A stretch of DNA of 64,000 bases from Verrucomicrobiales bacterium (GTDB lineage: Bacteria > Verrucomicrobiota > Verrucomicrobiia > Limisphaerales > CANJXF01), in NCBI GenBank assembly GCA_947478865.1, contig CANJXF010000006.1:28750-92749 (forward strand). Direction: 5' to 3'. This document shows positions 50,215-59,000 of this stretch, one piece after another. Under the pieces are notes generated by a model. It was not told the origin of the DNA. It did not search any database and was given only the letters and a program-made list of their open reading frames with translations. How positions within the stretch are numbered: the first letter of the stretch is position 1; each line of letters opens with the position of its first letter. The position numbers and the translations under genes were made by a program.

Positions 50215-50838
50215 TCAGGGCTGCAGGCTGGCTCTGTGCTTCATCAAAAATACGACACCAATTGCCACGAGGACGAAGAGTAAGACGGCCATGCCCCACG
50301 CGATTCCTTTGAAGAGCCGCGCCTGTTCAAACATTTTTTGGGTGCGCTGCTGCTCCTCCGCTTTGAACTGCGCGAACTGCGCTTCGAGCACGGTCGGCTC
50401 AGCGAGGTCTTCTCGCAATTGCAACGTCACCCAGTTCGGTTTGATCTCGCCGAAATCAGCCGGCGCTTTCGCGCGGACTTCAGCCGTAGCTTCGGCGAAC
50501 CCGCAATCCTTCCGCCAAAAGGGCGCTCTCTCATCGGTCCAAAGCCGAAACAATCCGTGATTGGCGGCGACGCTGCCCAGCCGTTGCCAGAGCAGCGGGC
50601 GCAATTCATCGGTCAGCGCAAAATCGGTGTAAGCCTCGCTGTGAATTTTCCCTGAAGATCCGGCGATCTGCATTCCGATCGCGCCAAAAATTTTACCACC
50701 CATTCCTTCGGCGACCTGGAATTCCGTGAACCGCTTTTCCAGTTCGTGCGCAGGCAACAGCGCGGATTGCCAGAGCAGAACCAATTGATCCAGATCATCG
50801 GTCGTGGCCCGGCGCACGCGATATGTTTCTGAATTCAT
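50215..50838 (-). CDS. GNAT-like fold protein with C-terminal TM helix
   Basis: YRVRRAT.DD, FQVAE....I.GA.G and FW....F, then a coiled segment and TM. Start probably ATG 50838. Confidence 0.55.
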   Translation of the reverse strand: MNSETYRVRRATTDDLDQLVLLWQSALLPAHELEKRFTEFQVAEGMGGKIFGAIGMQIAGSSGKIHSEAYTDFALTDELRPLLWQRLGSVAANHGLFRLWTDERAPFWRKDCGFAEATAEVRAKAPADFGEIKPNWVTLQLREDLAEPTVLEAQFAQFKAEEQQRTQKMFEQARLFKGIAWGMAVLLFVLVAIGVVFLMKHRASLQP

Positions 50839-50937
50839 CCCGCGCAATTTATCAAAGGAGGCGGGCCGGGCGATAATTTTTTCGCTCCAACCTGGTTTTC
50901 GCGAGCTGGCCAAACTAACAAGCTCGACGTCTCGCAA

Positions 50938-53004
50938 TTATGGCGCGACCGCGCGAAAGAAACGCCTGGACAGATTCAGGTTGGTCGTGAATTGAAACGA
51001 CGCGTTCGATGTGGCGACATTCGTGGAAATGTTGATCCAGTTCGTCAGGTTCGTGGACGATTGAATTCGGTAGGTCCGCTGCGGCATCGCGGAAAACTGC
51101 AGGACAATGACCCGGTTGGAGGCGACTTGATTCGTCGACGAAAAGCCTAATGAAGAATTGATCGCGACCGGGTTTGCCGAAAAATTGATATTGCTCACAC
51201 TCAATCCGACTACTGGATTTTCCGCGTTCGTCCCCACTGTGACCGTCTGGTTCGTCGGGCTGAAACCGGCACCAACCCCCGTGGGCGTGACCACGAAATT
51301 CCCGGTGCCAAGACCAAAAATTGTATAATACCCGTTAGTCGCCGAGACCCCGGATTGTGTCCCCGCCTTCACCGTGATTCCCGCAACCCCATTGGTTCCT
51401 TCCGTGATCCGTCCGCTGATGCTGTAGGTGGGAATCAATTCAAAGGCGCCCGCATCGCAATTGGTCCCCTGCGGGCGGGGAATGCCGCGTTGGTCAAGGC
51501 CGCCGCAAATCCCGGGATCGCCCGTATCGACGGCTGGACTGTTCGTCAACAAGGCCATGGTCTGAGTCAACCCGCCGTTGCTCGCGATGGCGGCAAGCCG
51601 CAGGTCCAAGCTGTTGCGACTCTTGAACGTCGTAGTAAAATTGCAGCTGCTGTCCGAACAAATATTATAGCCGCCGTCGGTGACGCCGCCGGAACAACTC
51701 GGCCCGGAAACCCCCTTGGCCAAAATCGTATTTTGAAGATAAACGATGCCGCTGAGCCGATAGGTATTTCCGCCGAGCGCAGAGCCGGTAGAGCCATTAT
51801 TGTCCGAGAAATTTGGATTTGTCCCGCCGACTCCGCCCGTCGCGTTATTTGTGGCGAAGGTGCTGCTGACAATCGTGACGTTGTTGGAACTGTAAATCGC
51901 CCCGCCGTTGCCGCTTCCGCCGTTGCCGCCGATCAGGAAATTGCCGCTATAAACGTCACCACCTTTGCCGCCTTGCGACGCATTTTGATGGAACGTGCTG
52001 GTATCAATCGCCACCTCCCCAAGATTGTAAATGCCGCCACCGTGCCCCGCGCCGCCGCTGTCCCCGCTTTTATCAACGCCAGCGTGTTGTGAAATCCCGC
52101 CGACAGTCGTGTTCGTAAAGAAAGTTGAATTCGTAATCAGCACCGTTCCAAGGTTGTAAATCGCTCCGCCCAATGCACTCGACCCGCTGCCGCCCGAACC
52201 CGGCACGCCCGGAAACGATGCCGTGCCACCACTTCCGGCGGAACTGCCGTCTCCAGCGAACGCATGATTATTGACGACAGAACTGTTGAGAATCACAACG
52301 GTGCCGCTGTTGTAAATGGCCCCGCCGCGGGCCGCTGCGCCGTTGCCGCCGTTACCGCCGTTGCCGCCAAACAAGGTCGCATTTCCGCCATTGCCTCCCG
52401 TCCCACCATCGCCGCCGACCGCCGTGTTGCTGGAAATCGTGCAATTGACCAGCACGTTGGTTCCGCCCAGGTTATAAATCGCGCCACCAATTCCCGTCGT
52501 TCCAGCGGTGCCGTTGCCGCCGTCATTGCCCGTTGAGCCGTTCCTTCCGTTCACGCCGTTTGTGCCGCTGGCCTGGTTGCCGGAGAAAACGCAGTTGGTG
52601 AGAAACAGATTGCCGCCCGAATTATAGATTCCGCCGCCATTCGTACTCAGTCCATCGACAAGACTCAGATTTGCCATGCTCAAAGTGACGTTGCTGGCCA
52701 CGTTGAAAAGACGCACGGCGTTGTTGCCGCTGATCGTGATCGAAACGTTGGAGGCGTTAATAAAAACATCCGTGGCGACCTCAAGAACGCTCGTCAGCGT
52801 CAAACTGGAACTGCCATGAAAAGTGATTTCGCCTCCAGCAGCGAGCGCGTTCTGAAAAACGGTTTGAGTGAAGTTGGTGATGACCGAGGCCCTGGTTGCG
52901 GTCGGCATCGAAAGCATCAGGAGGACTGCCAGGAAACCAGCGCCAACCCGCCCACATATTTTGTTTAGAACTGATTTCAAGAGCTTTGTTTGATAGCAAA
53001 ACAC
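50938..53004 (-). CDS. Secreted Gly/Asn-rich beta-helix protein (GGAIYN repeats, choice-of-anchor Q domain, carboxypeptidase-regulatory-like domain, C-terminal FFR module)
   Basis: About 6 GG(A/G)IY(N/S) repeats with Gly-rich loops; NGG.T.T.AL...SPAVD.G...DQRG..RP....D.GAFE; YSISGRI; YRIQSSTNLTNW...FFRAVAP. Start uncertain. Confidence 0.82.
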   Translation of the reverse strand: MFCYQTKLLKSVLNKICGRVGAGFLAVLLMLSMPTATRASVITNFTQTVFQNALAAGGEITFHGSSSLTLTSVLEVATDVFINASNVSITISGNNAVRLFNVASNVTLSMANLSLVDGLSTNGGGIYNSGGNLFLTNCVFSGNQASGTNGVNGRNGSTGNDGGNGTAGTTGIGGAIYNLGGTNVLVNCTISSNTAVGGDGGTGGNGGNATLFGGNGGNGGNGAAARGGAIYNSGTVVILNSSVVNNHAFAGDGSSAGSGGTASFPGVPGSGGSGSSALGGAIYNLGTVLITNSTFFTNTTVGGISQHAGVDKSGDSGGAGHGGGIYNLGEVAIDTSTFHQNASQGGKGGDVYSGNFLIGGNGGSGNGGAIYSSNNVTIVSSTFATNNATGGVGGTNPNFSDNNGSTGSALGGNTYRLSGIVYLQNTILAKGVSGPSCSGGVTDGGYNICSDSSCNFTTTFKSRNSLDLRLAAIASNGGLTQTMALLTNSPAVDTGDPGICGGLDQRGIPRPQGTNCDAGAFELIPTYSISGRITEGTNGVAGITVKAGTQSGVSATNGYYTIFGLGTGNFVVTPTGVGAGFSPTNQTVTVGTNAENPVVGLSVSNINFSANPVAINSSLGFSSTNQVASNRVIVLQFSAMPQRTYRIQSSTNLTNWINISTNVATSNASFQFTTNLNLSRRFFRAVAP

Positions 53005-53081
53005 CGAATGTTACACAAAGTTTTTCGGTTTTACTCACCGGCTAAATTGACAGTCCAAAATTTTACTGCAAAGGTGCGCTC

Positions 53082-54305
53082 ATGAAACGGACAACTCTTG
53101 CCGCGTCGGTTCTGCTCGGAACCTGGGCTTTCTTTTCCATCGCAGCCGTTCAGGCCGCAGACTGGTATCGCTGACGCGGCCCGGACCTCAACGGCATTTC
53201 CACCGAAAAAAACTGGCAAGCCAAGTGGCCCGCCGAAGGCCCGAAACAACTTTGGAAAGCCAGCGTCGGAACCGGTTTTTCATCCGTGTCCGTCAGCCAA
53301 GGGCGCGTCTACACGATGGGCAATGAAAACAATCAGGACAGCGTCGTCTGCCTCGACGCAGGCTCCGGAAAACAAATCTGGAAACATACCTATGATTGTC
53401 CGCTCGATCCAAAATATTATGAAGGCGGACCAAGCGTCACGCCGACGGTCGATGGCGACCAGGTCTTCACGCTCAGCCGCAAAGGTGATTTGTTCTGTCT
53501 CGACGCGGCGACCGGCAAAGTGATTTGGTCAAAAAATATTGCAAAAGAAGTTGGCGCCGAGATTCCGACCTGGGGCCTCGCGGGCTCGCCGCTGGTGGAA
53601 AAGAATCTACTGATCCTTAATGTCGGGAGCGCCGGAACTGCGTTGGACAAAGCGACAGGGAAAGTCGTTTGGAGCAGCGGCAAAGAAGCCGGCGGTTACT
53701 CGACTCCAGTTGGGTGCGAGTTCAACGGCCAGCGCTGCGTCACACTTTTCGGAGCCAAAACAGTATTCGCCCTGAATGCGAGTAATGGAAAAAAAGTTTG
53801 GGAACACGACTGGAAAACCGAATACGACGTCAATGCGTCAGAGCCAATTATTGCCGGCGACAAGGTTTTTATTTCCTCCGGCTACAACCACGGTGGATCG
53901 CTTCTGCAAATCCAAGACGGCAAAGCCACCGTTCTCTGGGAAAACAAGAATATGCGCAATCAGTTCAACAGCAGCGTGCTGCTCGACGGTTTCCTCTATG
54001 GCTTTGATGGCAATACCGGACCGAAAGCTGATTTGAAGTGCGTGGAATTTGCCACCGGCAACGTAAAGTGGAATCAGGAAAAACTCGGCGCGGGCGCCTT
54101 GATGGCAGCTGACGGGAAACTGATTGTGCTGACGGACAAAGGCGAATTGATCATCGCGGAGGCTTCGCCCGCCGCCTTCAAACCCATCTCGCGCGCGCAG
54201 GTGACCGGTGGAAAAAACTGGACCGTCCCCGTCCTCTCCCACAGCAAAATCTATTGCCGCAACGCCAAAGGCGACCTGGTCTGTTTGGATTTGAAGAAGG
54301 AATAA
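53082..54305 (+). pseudogene. PQQ-type (BamB-like) beta-propeller gene interrupted by an in-frame TGA
   Basis: ATG 53082 gives a signal peptide, then ADWYR*RGPDLNG. TGA at 53172-53174 replaces the Trp of the DWxxWRG motif. The frame continues into the 53286..54305 ORF with CLDAxxGKxIW repeats. Confidence 0.75.
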
Positions 54306-54330
54306 TGTTCAGAACTTCACGTCCGATAAA

Positions 54331-54828
54331 TCAGGTTTTCTTGGAAATTGCGCCAGCCGCGCCACTACAACTGTCGGCCACGTTGGCAAGGTCTTCGAGG
54401 AAACTTTCCTGCTTTTCCAGCGGCAGCGCGGATAGGATTTCCGTTTGGAGCGCCACCGCGATTTCCCTCACCTTTTCATATTTGCGCTGGCCTTCCGGCT
54501 TGAGGCTAATCCGGTAGGCACGCCGGTCGGTTTCGTGAGCCTTGCGTTCGATCAAGCCACTTTTCTCCATTCGCTCCACGAGCGACGCGATGGTGTTCGG
54601 GTCGCTCGCCATGTGTTTGGTCAATTGACTTTGAGTGAGTCCAGTTTGGCCGTTTTCCAGGATCGTTCGCATGGCGGTGAACTGGTCTGGCGTCACTCCA
54701 GTATGGGCGATTCTCCGTCGAAAGGCCTGGTTCAAACCGTACCAGGCCCGGCGCAGCAGGATCGGCAAACGCTTACGCTCCGGCGCGTCCACCGGCAATG
54801 GTTTGGATTTAATCTCTGATTTTCGCAC
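54331..54828 (-). CDS. MarR family transcriptional regulator
   Basis: G.T..QF, TQ..L......D.NT...LV.RME..GLI.R and DRR...I.L...G. Start uncertain (GTG 54828 or 54843). Divergent from the 55033 operon. Confidence 0.9.
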   Translation of the reverse strand: MRKSEIKSKPLPVDAPERKRLPILLRRAWYGLNQAFRRRIAHTGVTPDQFTAMRTILENGQTGLTQSQLTKHMASDPNTIASLVERMEKSGLIERKAHETDRRAYRISLKPEGQRKYEKVREIAVALQTEILSALPLEKQESFLEDLANVADSCSGAAGAISKKT

Positions 54829-55032
54829 AGTTTTTCGGACCACTTCGGTTGGCCTTGTGAATAACAATTTCCGCTCAAGCCAAAATAGTCTTTGAATATT
54901 TGGACCGAAAGGCAAATCATACGTGTAAGTAGCAAATGCATTGCAACCCATGGGCGCTTGTAGAATAGTGCCCTAGCGTTTGGAAGATATAAGTTGTCCA
55001 CGCTTTTCTGGAGCGGGCAACAAAAGACAATT

Positions 55033-57363
55033 ATGAAAACTAAAGGTTTGTTGATCGCGGCGCCGTTGGCTCTCTTCTTCTCCGTCACTTCATTGATCAG
55101 CGCCCCAGCGCACGGCTGGCTCAGTTGGCGCGGTCCGCAACAGAACGGGATGTCGCTGGAAAAGAATCTCCCCGACAAAATCGATGTCAATAAACCGCTG
55201 TGGGTCGCCGATTTCCCCGGCCAATCGACGCCGGTCATCGCCAACGGGAAAGTTTACATCATGGGTTATCTCGGGAGCGGCCCGGATTTGCAGGAAGGGG
55301 TCGCCTGCTTCGATGCCGAGACCGGCAAAAAACTCTGGGAAAAGCGCTACAACGATTTCCTGAGCGACACGATTTACCTGCGCTATGCGACCTCCAGTCC
55401 GGCTGTCGATCCGGAGACAGGCAATGTTTACATGCAAGGCACGCAGGGAATCCTGGCCACCCTCGACAGCAACGGAAAACTGCTCTGGCAGCACTCGATG
55501 ATGGAAGAATTTGGCCGGCTCACCTTCCCGAACAGCCGCACTGCGTCGCCGATCATCGATGGAGATCTGGTCATCACGCGCGGGATCACCGCCAACTGGG
55601 GCGCGCAAGGACCGGCGGGCGACCGCTTCTATGCCTTCGACAAAAAGACCGGCCAACTCGTCTGGTCCTCCACGCCCGGCGGACCGCCCAAAGACAATTC
55701 GTTTTCGCATCCCTACTTGACCTTTCTCGGCGGTAAACGTGTTTTCTTCTCCGCCACCGGCGATGGTAGCGTCGTTTGCGCGAACGCCCGGACCGGCGAC
55801 CCGCTCTGGCGCATCCCGCTCTTCAAGGCCGGGATCAACGCCACCGTATTGGTTCATAACGACGACAAGATCATCGCCATCTACGGAACACCCTATGAAC
55901 CCGGCCAGATGGTCGCATTGAAAATTCCCCACGTCACGCCGACGAATGCGGCCAGCGCGCCGGTCGTGGTGGACCGCGCATCCGCGCAGATCTGGGCAAA
56001 CGACCTTTCGACTTCGGCGAGTTCGCCGATTCTGGTGGGTGACAAGATTTATGTCGTGACGGAAAAAGGCGACCTCAACGCGGTGGATGCGAACACCGGA
56101 AAAATTCTCTGGCACATGAAACTGGGCATTGAGCAGCGCAACGCCGCATTGACCTTTGCCGATGGCAAACTTTACGTGCCGATGCTGGACGATCCCGCCA
56201 CGAAAACCGAGGGTGGCGAAGCGGGCAGCACCGGAGCGTTTTACATCATTCAACCGACCGACACGGAGGGAAAAATTTTATCGCACGTCGCGCTGGACGG
56301 ACGCTGCTTCGGAACCCCGACGGCTTACAACGGAAAAATTTACGTGCAGACCACGCGGCATCTGTATGCGTTTGGAACCAAAGGGAACAACAGCGGGTTG
56401 CCCTCAGAACCAGTCGCCCCAAAATGGCCCGTCGCGGGACCCGCCCAACAGCTTCAAATCATTCCATCCGAAGTCTTGATGCGCCCCTCCCAGACCGAGT
56501 CGTTTCGGGTCCGTTCGCTCGACGCCAATGGATTTCTGGTCCAGGAAATCAAGGACGTGAAGTCGGTCAAATGGGCTTCGTTCATTCCTCCCACGGCGAA
56601 GGTGAAATCGACGATGAACGCCGCCTTTGACGCGAACGGCGAACTTGTCGCGGCGACCAACTCCACTCCGTCCGCCGGCGCATTCGAAGCGACCGTCGGC
56701 AACCTGAAAGGCTACATTCGCGGACGCGTTTTGCCCTACCTCCCGATCAAGCAGGATTTCGAGTGGGCGAACCTTTCTGAGACCACGACCAACGAAGTCG
56801 AGGAACCGACCAAGTTCTCCTACCCGCCGCTGCCTTGGATTGGCGCGCGATTCAAATTTGAAATCCGCGACAAGGATGGAACCAAAGCGTTAACCAAAAC
56901 GATCGACAACACATTTTTCCAACGCGGAACGGTTTTCCTGGGCGAACCAAATACGAAGAATTACACGATCGAAGCCGACGTGATGAGCGAGGGCAACAAA
57001 CGCAAAATGTCGGATGTCGGCATCATCTGCCAGCGTTACCTGATCGTGATGAAAGGCAACGAGCAGAAGCTCGAAATCAATTCCAACCTGGAACGATTGC
57101 GGGTCCCCGCCGCCGACGAGGCACCGAATTTTCCGTGGTCAGCCAACGTCTGGTATCACTTGAAAGCGCGCGTGGACACAGCCAAAGATGGTTCCGGCGT
57201 GGTTCGAGCGAAGGCGTGGAAACGCGGCGAACCGGAGCCGGAAAAGTGGTCAGCCGAAGTGGCGCACAAGACCGCGCACCAGAATGGTTCGCCCGGCCTG
57301 TTTGGATTTTCCCCGCAGCGAATGCGCGTGTTTATCGACAATGTTACGGTAACTCCAAATTAA
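55033..57363 (+). CDS. Large secreted PQQ-type beta-propeller protein with C-terminal Ig-like and lectin/ConA-like domains
   Basis: Signal peptide; WLSWRGP..NG; repeats FDAETGK.LW, FDK.TG.LVW and VDANTG.ILW; C-terminal YTIEADV..WY.LK..V beta-sandwich. Confidence 0.85.
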   Translation: MKTKGLLIAAPLALFFSVTSLISAPAHGWLSWRGPQQNGMSLEKNLPDKIDVNKPLWVADFPGQSTPVIANGKVYIMGYLGSGPDLQEGVACFDAETGKKLWEKRYNDFLSDTIYLRYATSSPAVDPETGNVYMQGTQGILATLDSNGKLLWQHSMMEEFGRLTFPNSRTASPIIDGDLVITRGITANWGAQGPAGDRFYAFDKKTGQLVWSSTPGGPPKDNSFSHPYLTFLGGKRVFFSATGDGSVVCANARTGDPLWRIPLFKAGINATVLVHNDDKIIAIYGTPYEPGQMVALKIPHVTPTNAASAPVVVDRASAQIWANDLSTSASSPILVGDKIYVVTEKGDLNAVDANTGKILWHMKLGIEQRNAALTFADGKLYVPMLDDPATKTEGGEAGSTGAFYIIQPTDTEGKILSHVALDGRCFGTPTAYNGKIYVQTTRHLYAFGTKGNNSGLPSEPVAPKWPVAGPAQQLQIIPSEVLMRPSQTESFRVRSLDANGFLVQEIKDVKSVKWASFIPPTAKVKSTMNAAFDANGELVAATNSTPSAGAFEATVGNLKGYIRGRVLPYLPIKQDFEWANLSETTTNEVEEPTKFSYPPLPWIGARFKFEIRDKDGTKALTKTIDNTFFQRGTVFLGEPNTKNYTIEADVMSEGNKRKMSDVGIICQRYLIVMKGNEQKLEINSNLERLRVPAADEAPNFPWSANVWYHLKARVDTAKDGSGVVRAKAWKRGEPEPEKWSAEVAHKTAHQNGSPGLFGFSPQRMRVFIDNVTVTPN

Positions 57364-57388
57364 TCTCTTTATTTTCTAAAAAAAATTT

Positions 57389-58978
57389 ATGAAAAGAACT
57401 TCGTTGATTTTAACCGCACTCGTTGCTGCGCCGATTGTTGGTTCGGCCGTGGATTGGCCGCAATGGGGCGGCAAGCAGGAGCGCAACATGTATTCGCCCA
57501 CCAAAGGTCTGCCCAGCCAGTTTGATCCGGGAAAACCCAAATCCGGCACTGAAGAAATCGATCTGGCCACAACCAAGAACGTGAAGTGGGCCACCAAACT
57601 CGGTTCGCAAAGCTACGGCAACGTCACGGTCGCTGGCGGCAAGATTTTCATCGGCACCAACAACGAGAATCCGCGTGACCCAAAGCACCAGGGCGACCGC
57701 AGTATCCTCATGTGCTTCGACGAAAAGACCGGTGAATTTCTCTGGCAACTGGTTGTGCCGAAGCTTGCTTCCGGCAAAGTCAACGACTGGGAAAACCTCG
57801 GACTGCTCTCCTCCCCGACAGTCGAGGGAAATCGCGTTTACATCGTGACCAGCCGTTGCGAGGTCATGTGTCTCGACGTCGATGGAATGAAAAACGGCAA
57901 CGACGGCCCATTCAAAGAAGAAGGCCAATACGTCGTCGGCCCAGGCAAACCGAAAGTGGAAAGCGGCCCGAAGGACGCGGACATCATCTGGAAATACGAC
58001 ATGATGGATGAGCTGGGCGTGTTCCCGCACAACGCGTCGAATTGCTCGGTGCTGATCGTCGATGACATCGCTTATGCCTGCACCTCGAACGGACAGGACT
58101 GGACGCACTCCAATATTCCTTCGCCCAATTCGCCCAGCTTCATCGCCCTGAACAAAAAGACCGGCGAATTTCTTGGCGAAGACAACGCCAAGATCGGTCC
58201 ACGCATTTTCCATGGCCAATGGAGTTCCCCTTCGACAGGAAAGATCAACGGCAAACAGCTCGTCTTCTTCGGCGGCGGCGACGGATTCTGTTATGCGTTC
58301 GACGCGAAGCCAGTCAAGGAAGGCGATTCGAGCTATTTGAAAAAAGTTTGGTGGGTCGATTGCAACCCGCCGGAGTACAAGAAAAACAAAGAGGGCGAAC
58401 CGATCAAATATCCCGCGGCGGAAGGCCCGAGCGAAGTCAATGCGACTCCGGTGTTTTATAAAGATCGTGTTTATGTCGCAACGGGACAGGACCCGGAACA
58501 CGGCGAAGGCGTCGGCCGTTTGCTCTGCCTGGATGCAACCAAGACCGGCGACATCACCAAGACCGGAATCATTTGGGATTACAAAAAAATTCATCGAACG
58601 ATCTCGACGGTCTCGATTGATCCCGAAACCGGCCTGCTGTTTGTTGGCGATTTTTCAGGATTCCTCCACTGTCTCGACGCGGAGACCGGAAACGTTTACT
58701 GGACCCACGACATGAAAGCGCACATGTGGGGCTCCACATTGGTGGCGGATGGAAAAGTCTACGCCGGCGACGAGGACGGCGATTTCGTCGTGCTCGCCGC
58801 CACGAAGGAGAAGAAAATCCTCAGCGAAACGAACATGGGCGCGCCGGTTTATTCCACCCCGGTGGTGGCGAATGGAAATATCTACATCGCCAGCAACACG
58901 CATCTCTATGCGCTGGGAAATTCGGCAAAGCCGGTCAATACCGACGAAGCACCGAAAATCGAATTGAAGAAACCTTAA
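57389..58978 (+). CDS. Secreted PQQ-type beta-propeller protein
   Basis: Signal peptide; DWPQWGG...RN, CFDEKTG.FLW, CLDA.TG...W and STPVVANG.IY. Confidence 0.88.
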   Translation: MKRTSLILTALVAAPIVGSAVDWPQWGGKQERNMYSPTKGLPSQFDPGKPKSGTEEIDLATTKNVKWATKLGSQSYGNVTVAGGKIFIGTNNENPRDPKHQGDRSILMCFDEKTGEFLWQLVVPKLASGKVNDWENLGLLSSPTVEGNRVYIVTSRCEVMCLDVDGMKNGNDGPFKEEGQYVVGPGKPKVESGPKDADIIWKYDMMDELGVFPHNASNCSVLIVDDIAYACTSNGQDWTHSNIPSPNSPSFIALNKKTGEFLGEDNAKIGPRIFHGQWSSPSTGKINGKQLVFFGGGDGFCYAFDAKPVKEGDSSYLKKVWWVDCNPPEYKKNKEGEPIKYPAAEGPSEVNATPVFYKDRVYVATGQDPEHGEGVGRLLCLDATKTGDITKTGIIWDYKKIHRTISTVSIDPETGLLFVGDFSGFLHCLDAETGNVYWTHDMKAHMWGSTLVADGKVYAGDEDGDFVVLAATKEKKILSETNMGAPVYSTPVVANGNIYIASNTHLYALGNSAKPVNTDEAPKIELKKP

Positions 58979-59000
58979 AGCGGCTCATCAAAATAAATCC

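Noticed and set aside
51800-52640. GCC/CCG-rich repeats resembling a tandem array or CRISPR
   Set aside because: They encode the Gly-rich loops of the beta-helix protein; there is no constant repeat-spacer period and no cas genes.
53172-53174. Selenocysteine or genetic code 4/25 explanation of the TGA
   Set aside because: The position is Trp in paralogues, not Cys. No clear SECIS hairpin follows, and TGA terminates many genes in the window.
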